From Vicugna vicugna (taxonomy: Eukaryota): DNA of 64,000 nucleotides. Shown here piece after piece: positions 1 through 13,799 of this stretch; position 1 is the stretch's first letter; each line of letters begins with the position of its first letter. Made by a program: the position numbers and the translations under genes. The stretch spans positions 682,001 to 746,000 of the forward strand of contig MU057796.1 in NCBI GenBank assembly GCA_013265495.1, in the 5' to 3' direction. Under the pieces are notes generated by a model. That model was not told where the DNA came from and made no database searches. It was given only the letters and a program-made list of their open reading frames with translations.

Positions 1-554
1 GGTTTAATCTCATTAGTCTCTTCTCAACCACTTTTAAAGTAGTCACAACATAATATTGTGCATTAAGAGCCTTTCAACCTCATTATCTTCTGTGAAACAA
101 AGGGCAAACAATAATTAAAACAACAAAGAAAATTTCAATTTCAATAGAATAGAATACAACATTAAACAACAATTCTGAAGAAGAGCTACAATATACAGTA
201 AAATATGGAGTGAAGTGAGGGAGATATTGAGTGAAGGCATAGATGTTTGATATCACACGCATCTTGTTTGCCAAAATCTCCTATAGGTTAAACTGCTCTG
301 AAGGGCTCAGAAATGATCTTTTTCTTAGCACAGAAGCATGTTAAGATAGTTTTAGCAATATCTATGAACTGTGTTCAACCCAAAAGAATATTAGAAAAGG
401 TAAAGCTGAGAGAAGACCCTCATAGATCCTTCATATGAAAGAAGCATACACAACATCCTTAAACAAAGGAGTGACTCAGGAATTTAATACCAAGCCAAGA
501 TGTCATGGACAATTTTAAAACAATAAACAGGTGTAAATTCTCATGAAAGTAATA

Positions 555-1672
555 ATGTCTTAGATATGTCACCAAAAGCACCAAAAGCACAAGAAACCAA
601 AGAAAAAATAGATAAATCAGAATGCACCATACCTGTTTTAAATTAATGAAAGTTAAGTTTTAAATTAAAATTAAAAACTTTTGTACTTGATAGGACACCA
701 TCAAGAAAGTGAAAAGACAACCCCAAGAGTTGGACAGAAGTTTTACAAATCACGTATCTGAGAAGGGATTTGTATCTAGAATACATAAAGAATTCTTACA
801 ATTCAATAATAAACAGACCAATAACCCAATTAAAAATGGAGAAAGGATCTGAACAGACTTTAAAGAAAATATACAGGTGGCCAATAAGCACATGAATAGA
901 TACTCAACATAATTAGCCATCAAGGAAATTTAAATCAAACCCACAGTGAGATCTCACTTCATACTCATGAGGTTGGCTACAATGAAAAGGAGATAATAAC
1001 AAGTGTTGAAAAAGATATGGAAAAACAGAACCCTCTTACATTGCTGGTGAGAATGTAAAATGATGCATTTGCTTTGGAAAGCAGTGTAGCCCCAATGGAT
1101 TAAACACACCCAGTAGTTCCACTTTTAGGACTATACCAAGAGAAATGAAAACTTATGTCCACACAGAAACTTTTACACAAGTGTTCATAGCAGCATTACT
1201 CATAGTAGCCAAAAGATGGAACCAACCTAAATGTCCATCAGCTGATGAATGGATAAATACCAAATGGTATATCCATACAATAGAATAGTATTAGTAAACA
1301 GAAAGAAAATACCAATAGATGCTATGACATGGATGATCCTTGAAGACGTTGTGCTAAGTGGAAGAATCTAGTCCAAAGGACCACATATTGTATGGTTCCA
1401 TTTATACAGAGTATCCGTAATAAGTAAATGTATAGATATAGAAAGTAGATAAGTGATTTCCTAGGGTTGGGGTGATGGAGGGGTGGGGGATGGAAGGTGA
1501 CAGCTTAGAGGTATGGAGGATCTTTGTGGGGCAATGAAATTGTTCTAAAATTGATTGTGGTAGTAATTCCACAACCCTCTAAATATACTGAAAGCCAATT
1601 AATTGTACACTTTAAGTGGGTAAATTGTATGGCATGTGAATTACTTCCCAGTAATGCTCTTAAGGAAAAAAA
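555..1672 (+). mobile_element. L1M (L1MB-like) ORF2 3' part and 3' UTR, degraded
   Basis: Typical L1 motifs: 'gacaccatcaagaaagtgaaaagacaaccc', 'aaatgtccatcagctgatgaatggataaa', 'aattgtacactttaagtgggtaaattgtatggcatgtgaatta', followed by an A-rich tail. Confidence 0.85.
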
Positions 1673-2399
1673 GATAGGCAATTTGGTCTTTCAAGATCTT
1701 GGGGACTATGGCTAATACCAGACTTTCCTCTAAAAAGAGGAAAATGAGGACTTCGTGACAAAAAATGCCTAAATGTCCCATTTTTGTCACTTCTATGTTG
1801 TCCTCCCATCCTAACTACAAAATCACTTCAGATCTGGATTTTTCTGACAGTTCACTGCTCTCAGAAACAAACATGTTATTCCAAAGTTAGACTTTGGTGC
1901 AGGAAACTCCAGGAGTTGCTGTCCTGAGTAGCTCAGGGTCAGAAATGTCATTTTGCTTCTCTCGCACCATGCTGGGAAGCACATGAAAGTCCTCTGCCCT
2001 TTCTCCTCTGAGTCGATTTTTCTTCTTGTCTCCCAAGGCTTTACCCAGGAAAAGACAGGACAAGTACCCTGGGACTTGGGATTTCTTCAATCTACCAGAA
2101 TTTTCTTTCATTTATTTTCCCTCACAGAGTCTTACCAGGTGGCTAAAGAGAGGGTCTAAGACCCCATCAGTCACTTAACAATCTTTGCTTTACCTTTCAC
2201 ACTCCTCTTGTTACCCAAGAAATCAGTACTAAGTATCAGGAAAAGGAAGAGATGATGTTTACGTTTTTGTGTATTTTCCCAAATTTGAGGCCCATCTCAG
2301 AGATTTTCCCATTTCTTGCAGATTTATATCTCTGAAACTCAGATACCTGGAAATGTTCTGTGTTTTCTCTATCATCCTTTCTTCCATCAACCATTGCTT

Positions 2400-3640
2400 G
2401 TTGAATGAAGAATGGTCAACGTTAAAAAGAAATATAATAACAAGAAAAGTTTGGTTTATATTTCAAAATAGTATCTCATCACATTAAAAAATTCAGCAAC
2501 TCCTCTTTATATAATCAATAACCAATTAGAAAATATAATGGAAGAAAGATCTTATTTATGTTGGCAATGGTAGATGTAAAATTTCTACCAATTAACAGGA
2601 AGTATGGAAGATCTACACTAAAATTATAAAGGAAAGGAAGCTTTAGAACTCTACAGAGTAAATAAGAGAAGACTAGAATAAATAGTAGGATATATCTCGT
2701 TAATGAATAAGGTTCAATACTGGAAAAAAATGTCATTTCTTTGAAAGAAAGCCTATGAAATTAATCTCAAAGCAAATACCAGTAGACTCTTTCCTCATGA
2801 AGAACTTATTCTAAAGTTCATGTGACAAAACAGTTATGGCAGATAGTTAAAAAATTCTGGGAGAAGAAAGAGATATGATAGATCAATAACCCAACTAGGC
2901 ATTGAAAGTACTTATGAAATGATAGTAATTAAAATAGTTTATAACTTCCCCCTAACAAGAAGAGGTCAGTAAGACAGAATAGGGAATTTAAAATTTGACA
3001 CAACATTGTAAAATGACTATAACTCAATAAAAAATGTTTTAAAAAATTTAAAAATAAGAAATAAAAAATTCAGCCAAAAAAAAAAGAATAGGGAATTTAA
3101 AAATGTATTCAACTACTTACAGTTATTTGATCTATTTTAAGGATAGCATTTCAAATAGGAGAGGAGAAGATGGGTTTTTCAATAAATAATGTTGGGAAAA
3201 TCTGTATGTGAAAAAAAAATTAAGTAGGATTCCTACAACTCTCTTTATACCAAATAAAAACAAATTGGCTATTTAAAGATAAAATTATAAAACCATATTA
3301 TAGAAGAAAACTAAGGTAAAATTTGTGTATAATCTTGGAGTAAGAAAAGTCTTTTTAAACAAGACATAGAACCTAAAAGCCATAAAGGAAAAGATTTAAA
3401 CAATTTATTACATAAAAATTTAAAACTTCAGTGTGGCAAAAGAATCTTAAACAAGTCAAAAGGCAAATCAAATGACAGACAAAAAGTAAGTTTTCTTTAT
3501 ATAAATAGCTCTAACAATGTAATAGAAAAGAATAATGGCCTAATAGAAAAATGGGCAAAAAATGAAGTATTACATAGAAAAAGAATTTAAAAATGAAGTA
3601 AAAAATAATAAAATAATTCAAAACATGTTAAAAAGGATAA
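2400..3640 (+). mobile_element. Old degraded L1 ORF2 fragment
   Basis: A-rich plus strand with recognisable L1 ORF2 remnants ('aataaataatgttgggaaaa', 'cataaaggaaaagatt', 'aatagaaaaatgggcaaaa'); interrupted by a young insertion at 2994-3084. Confidence 0.6.
2994..3084 (+). mobile_element. Extremely 5'-truncated young L1 3' tip with extra tail and 18-bp TSD
   Basis: TSD agaatagggaatttaaaa at 2976-2993 and 3085-3102. The insert 'tttgacacaacattgtaaaatgactataactcaataaaaaatgtt' matches the L1 end near 54270-54314. Confidence 0.85.
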
Positions 3641-3990
3641 GTGGCAGCCAAAATATCTGGTAATAGTCCTGTCGCATCCAACTGTGGATATAAACCATCA
3701 ATTCATCATTTCTTCATGACTTGCTCTACTTCCCTGAAGTACCAGAGATTGTATTCTGGTTAGTACGAATATCTCTGATCCCTTTGGGGCAAGATACTGA
3801 ACATAGGTGTGTATCTTAAACATTAGAATAATATTAAGCTCAGTTAACATTGGTGGTAACTGAAAATAAATCACTCAAATCATTCCTGACATTTTGAAAT
3901 GAATTGGTATTGTGTTCAAAGGAGCCAGTTAATTGAAGGCTTTTGTTATTGGTTTAATGCAGATGGTCTAACGGAAGGCAACTTTAAGAG

Positions 3991-4114
3991 ATGTGTGTGT
4001 GTGTGTATATATATAGATATATATAGATCTCTCTCTCTATATATATATATATATGTGTGTGTATATATATATATATATGTATATATATGTATATATATGT
4101 ATATGTATATATCT
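3991..4114. repeat. Compound (TG)n/(TA)n/(TC)n microsatellite
   Basis: Directly visible dinucleotide runs. Confidence 0.95.
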
Positions 4115-5269
4115 CATCCAGATTGAAGAAACTGTTTTTCTAACAATATATTCTTAAGAAACCTTGGATTGCAAGAGAAATTCTACAGTATAAAATTGGG
4201 AAACAAGAGTCAGACCCATTGTGAGAATGCTTTTAAGGGTTTATTTAGGGGACATTGTTTGACCTGTACTGCAGGCAAATTCAGGTAATAATAAACCTTC
4301 AAATAAAAGACTTTTTCAGTTAATTAATGATCCCATGTCCATATAAGTGAATCTTGAAAGTTCAATGAGATGTATCACGGATACCTAATAAAATAATAGC
4401 TATGATGCAGCTTAATAACTTACCTGGAAACTTTAAAACTTAAAAAAAAAAAAAGCCTTAATGTAGGAGCATCACGTTAGTTAAATTAGAGAATTCCAGA
4501 ATCTCTGGTAAGAGTGTGAGCTGTAACACCAACACCTTAATACTCTTTGAATGTAGTCATCATTTCTATGTATCTAAAGTACTGACATGGATATCAGGAA
4601 ACTATTCACAAAGGAGATTTTAAGACAAGCGATAGCTCAAAATTTAGAGCCTAGAATTACTAATTTGTAAAGAAAAATGAAGAGAGTTAAATATGTATAT
4701 ATACACATATATTTTTTGGGGCTGAATGGTAAAAATAAAATACTGTGATAACTAGGAGTATTTTTATATTGAAGAAAAGAAGTAGATGGAGGCATATTTA
4801 GAATAATACAAAGACACAATCAGTGAAATAAAAAATGATAATTTTGGAATGGCTGTAAGGGAAAACACTAATAAATTGATCACAAAGGTTTTGATAGTAC
4901 CCCTACAGAGCATAACTTGAGTCATATCTTTTTCTTTTAAGATAAAGTGTAAGCTAACAAACCAAGGAATTGTAAATATGTACCTAATGTCAGGAAGAAA
5001 AGCAAATTTAATTTTATTCAACCTATAATCTCTTAAATGTAATAGATTGCCTCTGTTGAGCTCTGTGCGTTAGTGTTATACATGCATATAATCTCTGTAT
5101 GGTGTGAAGAGTATTTTAATTTCAAAAGTCAGTTATTTAATTATAAAAAGTGATGCACTACTGAATTAAGCAATAATGTAAATAAATCTTTGAGGATCAA
5201 AAGAAGCCAGACACAGTAGTACGCATGCTGTAACCATCCCATGTGTATGAAATTCAAGAACAGGCAAAA

Positions 5270-5646
5270 TTATTACTCAGCATAGGAATTTTGAGATTAA
5301 TTTTGTTGCAGTATGTATCAATTGTTCATTTACTTTTATTGCTGAGTGGTGTTTTATTGGGCTATCATTGCACAGTGTGTTTATTCATTCACCTTTTAAT
5401 AAACGTTTGGGCTATTTTCAGCTTGTGCCTGTAACAAATAAAGCTGCTGTGAACCTTTGTGTAAAAGTCTCTGTATAGACATTTTTTTTATTCTCTTGGG
5501 TAAAAACCTAGCAGTTGAATAGTTGGATTCTATGATGGGTAAATGTATCAATTTTTTAAGAAAGTGTTAAACTGTTTTCCAAGGTGGATGTACAATCGTG
5601 TATTCCCATCAGCAATTAAACAGAGTTCCACCTGTTCTACACTCTT
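5270..5646 (-). mobile_element. Old L1ME-like 3' region, continuing at about 7125-7230
   Basis: Antisense L1 motifs such as 'aaataaagctgctgtgaac' and 'attcccatcagcaattaaacagagttcc'; split by the younger L1. Confidence 0.65.
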
Positions 5647-5656
5647 AACAACACTT

Positions 5657-7114
5657 TTTTTTATTGAAGCGTACTCAGTTTATACTGTTGTGTCAATTTC
5701 TGGTGTACAACACCATTCTTCAGTCATACATGAATATACATATATTCATTTTCATGTTCTTTTTCATCATGAGCTACTACAAGATATTGAATATATTTCC
5801 CTATGCTAGTTTATTATATATATACCACTCAGTATCTGCAAATCTCAAACTCTCAGTTAATCCCTTCCCATCCCCCCAACCCCCTGGCAACCACAAGTCT
5901 GTATTCTGTCTGTGAGTCTGTTTCTGTTTTACATTTAAGTTCTTTTTTTTTTTTTTAGATTTCACATATGAGGGGTATCATATGGTTTTTTTCTTTTTCT
6001 TTTTGGCTTCCTTCACTTAGAATGACATTCTCCAGGAAAATCCATGTTGCTGAAAATGGCATTATTTTATCATTTTTATGGCTGAGTACTATTCCATTCT
6101 ATAAATATACCACTTCTTCTTTATCCAGTCATCTGTCAATGGACATTTAGGTTGTTTCCATGTCTTGGTTATTGTAAATAGTGCTTCTATGAACATTGGG
6201 ATGCAGGTGTCTTTTTTAATTAGGGTTCCCTCTGAATATATGCCCATGAGTGGGATTGCTGGGTCATATGGTAAGTCTATTCCTAGTCTTTTGAGGAATC
6301 TCCATACTGTTTTCCACAGTGGCTGCACCAAACTGCATTCCCACCCTTTTCTCCACAGCCTCTCCAGCATTTATCATTTGTGGACTTTTGAATGATGACC
6401 ATTCTGACTGGTGTGAGGTGATACCTCATTGTAGTTTTGATTTGCATTTATCTGATAATTAGTGATTGTGAACATTTTTTCATGTGCTTATTGGTCATTC
6501 ATATGTCTTCATTGGAGAATCGCTTGTTTAGGTCTTCTGCCCATTTTTGGACTGGGTTGTTTGTTTGTTTGTCTGTTTGTTTTATTAAGTCTTATGAGCT
6601 GCTTATATATTCTGGAAATCAAGCTCTTGTCAGTTTCAGCTTTTGCAAATATTTTCTTCCATTCCGTAGGCTGTCATTTTGTTTTGCTTATGGTTTCCTT
6701 TGCTGTGCAAAACTTGTAAGCTTAATTAGATCCCATTTGTTTATTTTTGTTATTATTTATATTGCTTTGGTAGACTGCCCTAGGAGAACATTGCTGAGAT
6801 GTATGTGAGATAATGGTTACTTATATTTTCTTCTAGAAGGTTTATTGTGTCTTGTCTTATGTTTAAGTCAGTAAGCCATTTCGAATTTATTTTTGTGTAT
6901 GGTGTAAAGGAGTGTTCTAGCTTCATTGATTTACATGCTGCTGTCCATTTTCCCAGCACCATTGGCTGAAGAGACTGTCTTTATTCCATTGTATGTTCTT
7001 GCCTCCTTTGTCAAAGAGTAGTTGACCAAAAGTTTATGGATTCATTTCTGGGCTCTCTATTTTGTTCCATTGATCCATACGTCTGTTTTCATACCAATAC
7101 CATTCTGTTTTATC
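5657..7114 (-). mobile_element. Young 5'-truncated L1 (ORF2 C-terminus, 3' UTR, poly-A) with TSD
   Basis: ORFs 6089..6370 ([13 protein letters not shown]...DPAIPL...[11 protein letters not shown]) and 6780..6962 ([15 protein letters not shown]) are ORF2p C-terminal segments. TSD aacaacactt at 5647-5656 and 7115-7124; poly-T at the left end. Confidence 0.92.
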
Positions 7115-7229
7115 AACAACACTTGATATAGTTAGCTTTTAATTTTTCAGTCCTCCTAACATGTTTAATAGAATGGTTTTAACTTGAGCATCCTTGATGT
7201 CTAATGATGCTGAGTTTGTTTTTAAATCG

Positions 7230-7700
7230 TAGAATATCCAAACTAGTCTAAAGTGGAAGAAGGCAAATCATTTGTTGTCTGGGAATGAGGCAGAGGGAGG
7301 GTTGAATTACAAAAGGACACAAGCAGCTTTTAGGAGTGATGGAAATATTTGTCTTTATTGTGGTGATGGTGTAACTGGTATAGATACATGTAGAAAAGGA
7401 TCTAATTGTACACTTTAAATATATGTGTAGTGTACTTCATTTATATGTTAATAAATGTTTACAGTAATTTTTGGAAGTACAGGCAAAATTAGTCCATGAT
7501 GAAAAGCAACAGAACAATGATTATCTAAGGGTAATAGGGATCACCTGGAAGGGAGCATAAGTGAACATTTTAGGGTGGTAGAAGTGTTATTTCTTGGTTG
7601 GGTCATTGTTCAGTCAGGTGTTTGTGTTTATCAAGACCCACCAAAGCAAATGCTTAAGATTTGTGTAGTTCATTATATACAGATTTTCCTTCATTTTTAA
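7230..7700 (+). mobile_element. Two tandem L1ME-like 3' UTR tips
   Basis: 'ggagtgatggaaatattt...ttgtggtgatggt...aattgtacactttaaatatatg' and a second similar block at about 7480-7700. Confidence 0.55.
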
Positions 7701-8154
7701 AAAATTCATTATTTGAGATTTTACTTCACAATGTCCCTATAATATTTGCACTATTTATGCAAGGTTCTGTTTTTTTTTCCTGACCACACAGAATTAAGCT
7801 TTGTGTCTGATCTTTTATTTCTTACCACAGATAAATATTTATATTTATATTGAAGATCAACAAACTGGCAAATTGGTAGCAGAAGCTGCTGCATGCAAAG
7901 AAGAGTTTGAGTGAGTGACAGACACTGTTACTGTCTCACCGATGAATTTATTCATTGACCTTGAAAGTCACTTGGGAAACACAGAAATATCAGTTTCATA
8001 AGCAGGGTCAAGGAGTAATTGAAATATAGCAGAATTTTTCACAAAATTGTTATGGTCGTTATTTTCTTATATTCACGCTTGATGCCACTCTGTTGAATGC
8101 TAAGCTTTTTTTCTTTTTTTGGAAGGGTTCTTCATTAAGTAAGAACATAGTATT

Positions 8155-8745
8155 TGTGGCAGCAGTCTCAGAGGTTGTCCCCGCATGATCTTTGCATCTT
8201 GGTGTTCCCACTTTTGCATAATCCCTTCCCCTTGAGTGTGGGCAGGACCTGTGACTCTCTTCTAACCAACAGAATGGAACGGCAAAGGTGACAGGCTATC
8301 ATTCTCACGATTGTGTTACATTACGTAAGATTCCGTCTTTGTAGTGGGCTCATTCTAAAGACCTTCCCTTCCTAACTGGATTTGAGGAAGTTAAGAAGCC
8401 ATTTGGAAATTCCACCTGGAAACCAGTTGTGGGTGGCCTCTGGATGCTGAGGGCAGCTTCCAGCTGCCAGCCAGTAGAAGCAGGGCCCTCAGTCCGACAA
8501 CCAAAAGGAAATTTATTCTGCCAGTGATCTGAGTGTCCTTGGAAGAGGGCTCTTCCTCAGCCAAATATTCAGGTGAGAATGCAGCTCCTCCAACCTCTTC
8601 ATTACAGCTGTATGAAATCTTAGGCATTGGACTCAGCTAAGCCATGGCCAGACATCTATCCTGTAGAAACTCTGAGATGACATGTGTGTGTTGTTTTAAG
8701 CCACTATATTGTGGTAACAACTATAAAACAATAAGAAGCTAATAC
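8155..8745 (+). mobile_element. MaLR solo LTR (MLT1E/F-like)
   Basis: TGTGG start, 'taatcccttccccttgagtgtgggcaggacctgtgact', 'gtgtgttgttttaagccact', and a 'ctaataca' end. Confidence 0.8.
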
Positions 8746-11700
8746 AATATTTTCCCTTGAATGTGCTAATTAAATCTCTTTAGATACCTTCCCTGTTCCA
8801 TTAATTTCCCAATTTATTGCTGACGCTTCAGCTCGGGTCACAGCTCAGGGGCTCCAGAGTCAGTTCCTCTGCCAAGTGTGTTGATGTTGGCACAGAACTC
8901 TGCTACAGCTTGAGCATCTAACAAGACCAGACACATTTCTTCAGTTCCTTTGAAGAGATGACGTTGTGGCTCCATCTCAGGCCAAGAAAATAATTTCCCA
9001 CCTGTACATAATAAAGGCTGAGCTTGTACCTTCAACTAAATGATGCTAAGAAGTAACCCCAGGCTAAATAAACATAATAAAATAAATATGTAACATGGGA
9101 GAGAAATCTGGGAGTAATTTTGGTAGTTTACAATTTTGAGTTTTGAGTATTTGCCTTTTTCCTCATTTAAATGATTTTGAAAGCAACTGCTTAAAAAGAT
9201 CTCAGGTCAAAAATGCCATCAAAAGAATTGTTAGCATTATCATGTGGATCACATTTCAGAGCTGCCCATTTTGAGAGGTCAAAGGAGAAAAGCTACAAAG
9301 GGATTTTTATTTTCAGTTTTATTTATTTTACTTAATTTTTAAAGTTCAATACCATAAAAGAACTTTATTACCTGAATGTCCTTTTCTTCTCCTTAATTTA
9401 ATGCGAAATAATCTTATCGTAGTTTTACTGAAATGGTTCGACACTCTTGCTGAAGTTCTTCAAACCCTGAATATCTTTCAGTTTCTTTTTAAAGCACTTT
9501 ATTAAACACATAACACTTCATTTCTATAGATATTTGACTTGCTGTCTGCAAGACTTCCAAAATCAGTAGTACAGTCTAGACTTATTAATTAATGTATATA
9601 ATGAGACAACATACATCCCAGTTTGCTTTACTCTTCATGCAACCCTAGAAGTCACATTACAATAACCAGAGCCAAACATTGAATTCTGCCATCTTAAGGT
9701 ATTGATTTAATAAATCAATCAGTAGGTATCAAGTTCCCATAAGGTACAACACTGTGGCCTAAATGTATATATGTGTTTCTAATTATATGTGGCAACATTT
9801 TTAGTCTTAAACATTACTTAGAGTTGATAGCGCAAATACAGAAGACCACATGGGGTAATGTAAATGAACAAAAGAAATCTTTTTAGCTCATGCTTTGTTC
9901 ATATATTACATGGAGACCTTGGAACTGAATCAAACTGTCTCATTCAATTGAACAAAAATTTTTAAACAAAAGATGTAGTCAACAAGCTTGGCATAAGGTC
10001 AAGAGTTAAATGTCTAAAAGGAAATGATAACCAGGAAGTCTGAATAAATTATGTCTCCAAGTGCCTTCCTCATGACCCCGTAAGTAGTAAGGACTGGGGC
10101 ATTCAGGTATAGAGTGCACAGCGAGTACACTGTGTCTTAGAGTTGTGATCTGCGGAACACTATTCAGGAATAATAGCTCCCATGGTCAGACAAGGTAGGG
10201 ACATGCTGCTGGGTGAGAAGTCTTGGTGGTTCTCAATACATACACACCAGCATCTTAAAACTGTTGGGAAGCCCTGTAGCAGATGAACCTCTGTAATTTT
10301 AACACAGTATTTTCAAAACCTATTGAATGTTCCACACTTCTGAAGGCACATTTATTAACATGCTTAAGAACAGTTTTCTGCAAAACAGTGTCCCAGGAGA
10401 CATATACGGTTAAAACAAGAGTGTGGAGAGAGCCCTGAACAAGGATTAGGTCCACAATGGTGTAAAACTAAAACTAGCTGTCACTAAGTTATTACAACAT
10501 TTCAAAAAGAGAGAGAGAGAAAAAGAAGAATACAAAAAAGAAAAGAAAGAAAGAAAATAAGAATTCAAACAATGGAAATTAAAACTGACAATCTAGTATC
10601 AGGGTCTGCTGGGAACTGGCAACCGTACAGTCATGGTTACAATATGCTTCATGTCTTTTCCACTACCAAGATTCAGCTACTTAGAAACTCTTACACAATG
10701 AGGTCTAGCAATTTTACCTTTCTTTATCCCTTCAGTAGATTCTGGATTATTTCCTCATGCTCATTCTTACTCTCATAGTCTCCCCATCCACAAACTTTTC
10801 CCATTCTTGCAGAAAATTCCATGATTTAGCAGGAAACTGAAGTTTTGGTAGTGACATTTATACTCAAATTGTATGGCCAAAGCAACAGTCTGAAGCCTGC
10901 AGAGGGAAGAATTCTAGTATAACTGAATACTAAAAGTTAGAGTTTTATGTATCCTATCTAAGGATCTCCCTAGGAACTTGGGAGGTGGACAATGCTGCTT
11001 GCATTGAACAGAAGTAAAAATTGGGCTGGAAACTAGAGAACTTACCGAGACTTGTACATTTCAATCTGTCCTACAACCTTAGATCTAAAGAGGAATTAAA
11101 TTACCAAACAATCAGGCAAAGAGCAAGATGCAAGGCAATTCACCCATAAGATTTGTCTACAAATATTGAGTCAGGAAAGATTCCTTCATTTGAGCATGAG
11201 TAGGAGGTAAAGCAACATGAGGGAAAGAGGAAACTGTGAATTAAGCTGTGAGCAAGAGGAAGGGAAGAATATCCATGTGCCTTTGAAGCTGACCCACTAT
11301 GTGGTCCACAAGAAAATTCTGCATAGAAGTGTGAAACTGTTTGTGAACCCCATAGAATGCAGGAAGCTATAGCCACCAAGAAACAGGAATAGGATTTCAA
11401 AATAGTCCAGGAATAAAACATAATAAAATGGAGGGACAGGCTAAAATAAAACAGAAGGAGAAATAAGTACAGGAATTCTCAAAATAAAATAAAAATAAAA
11501 GACGAAACTCAGGGTGCAGAAGGTTAAAACAGTACTACAGAGAACAGTTATTACAAGCGCAATGGGGGGAAAGTATAATTAATGGGAACAATGCAGTAGA
11601 TATGGAAAACAGACTCAAGGAAGCCAACAAACAAGGTCAGGAGGAGTGGAGGAGAGAAAGTTGCTTCCCCTTCCTGCTCTTGTGTTCCACAGAAGACCAC

Positions 11701-12689
11701 CACGCACAGATCCCCGTGGCCTCTTCTTTCATCGCCCCTCCTTTCCAGATGCAAGGGACCCAGCTACCCACAGGAAGCCAGTGTTCTGCTGTCTTATCCA
11801 AACCATAAGATTTAGAGCACTAGGCTCTCCTCGTGATGGGAAGTTTGGGGAAGGAGATAATAAATTCATCTCAAGGTGCTATTATCATCTACTGCTCTGG
11901 GCCGGGAACCCTGAGAAAGAGATAAAGATTTGAATGACAGGACTAAAATAACAATATGGAGAGACAAAACTAGGCTAGGAAATGCAGCTTCATTTTCAGA
12001 TTTAGTTAAGCACATGACCTTGGAAGTCTGTAGAGACTTCTTTGGGCTATGCGTCTGATTTTTTTTTTTTTTTTACAGTTGTGGTTCTTTATTTTTCATG
12101 TCTTCAGCACAGTGCCATGGAGCTTTTGCATTTTGAGGCCACTGAATATTATGTAGTTTTGGCTGTTATGTAGAGGCAAGGTTGAGTTTGAGAGACTGTA
12201 AGTATGCAACTCAAGGATATGACCTTCTTTAAGCAATATCAAAGGCCTTAGCAAACATGGAAGGTCTAGAAGCAGCATGGGTCTCAGCAAGGGTGCTGTG
12301 TACAGTATCGCCTGGGCAGATGTTGGCCACTCGGGTACCAATAAGCAAATATCAGCCACACAGGCTCATCAGGTAATTGCCAATCATGAATGGCTTCAAC
12401 CAAGCTTCCAGCAGTCCTAGAGTGGAGGCTGCAGCCCCCTGGACTTGAAATTCACAGGTATAGCTTAACGTGTTATTACAAGTTAGGTTAAGGCAGGATT
12501 AGGTATTTCTAGCTGTGGGTAGACATAACAGTTTTTACTGTAAGGCAGTTGTTCCGTATGTACTATGAAACATTAGCAAAATTCTAGGTTTAAAATGTTA
12601 ACATTCAGTTTAGGGAGAGCAGGAAATCCTGAACAAAGAAAAAGCTGGAAAGCACCACAATTTATTTACAAAACAAAAATTACCTTGTT

Positions 12690-13050
12690 TGCTATAGACA
12701 GAATGTTTGTGTCCCTCCAAAATTAACAGTTGAAACCTTACTCCTAACCTGATGGTATTTAGATTCGGAGCCTTTGAATGGTCCTTAGCTCATGATAGTG
12801 GAGTTCTCATGACAGAATTTGTGCCCTTATAAAAGAGACCCCAGAGAGCTCCCTCACCCTCTTCTGCCAAGTGAGGGCGCAACAAGAAGGCTGTCTGTGA
12901 AGCAGAAAGTGGGCTCTCACCAAATACTGAACCTGCTGGTGCCTTGATCTTAGACATCCCAGCCTCCAGAAATGTGCAAATTAAATTTATGTTGTTTTTA
13001 AGCCACCCAACCTATGATAGTCTGTTATAGCAGCCTGAACTTATTAAGGC
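12690..13050 (+). mobile_element. MaLR solo LTR (MLT1A-like)
   Basis: 'tgctatagacagaatgtttgtgtccctccaaaatt', 'gcccttataaaagagaccccagagagc', 'gttatagcagcctgaac'. Confidence 0.85.
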
Positions 13051-13104
13051 ATCTTGCTATTAAAGAGAGAAAAATAATAGATAAAGACAGAAAAGAGTAA
13101 ATAA

Positions 13105-13790
13105 ACAAATAACAGCTGCGAATAGACATGAAAAATCTTAAGTAAAATATTAGTGAATTAAATAAAGACATATATAAAGCAATTTCACTCTTGGGTATAT
13201 ATCCAAAAAATAAAAAAATAAAAACACTAATTCAGAAACATACATGCACTCACAACGTTCATAGCAGTGTTATTTACAATTGCCAAGATAGAGAAAAAAC
13301 CAAAATGTCCATCAACAGATAAATAGCCCATTACCTCTGTGATCTTCTTCCCCAAAATCCATAATTCAGTCTAGTCATAAGAAAGCAAATGAATAAACAA
13401 ACAATCCTAAGATTGTTTGCTGGAGACATTCTACAAAATACCTAACCAGTACTCCTTAACACTGTCAAGGTTGTCAAAAACAAGGAAAGTCTGAGGAGCT
13501 CTCATAGTCTAGAGGAGCCAAGGGAAACATGAGTCAATGGAATGCGGAATCCTGGATGGCATCCTGAAACAGAAAAGGTGAAAACTGGGTGAAAACTGAG
13601 GAAATCTGAATAAACCATGTACTTTAGTTAATAACAGTGTATTAGCATTGGTTCATTAATTGTGAGAATTGAACCATATACGTAAAAAACAGAGGAAAGT
13701 AAGTGTGGGATATATGGGAACTCTCTGTATTACCTTTGCAATTTTTCTGTCAATCTAAAACTATTCTAAAATAAAAATTTATTTTATAAA
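13105..13790 (+). mobile_element. L1 fragments: ORF2 C-terminal piece then L1MC/MD-like 3' UTR
   Basis: 'gcaatttcactcttgggtatatatcc', 'aaatgtccatcaacagataaat', then 'gacattctacaaaatacctaaccagtactcc...ctaaaactattctaaaataaaaa'. Confidence 0.7.
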
Positions 13791-13799
13791 AATTCTTCC

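Noticed and set aside
1464..1495. G-quadruplex-like G-runs
   Set aside because: Usual G-rich tract of an L1 3' UTR.
1887..2111. Protein-like short minus-strand ORFs here and at 8838-9035
   Set aside because: No recognisable homology and no convincing paired splice sites.
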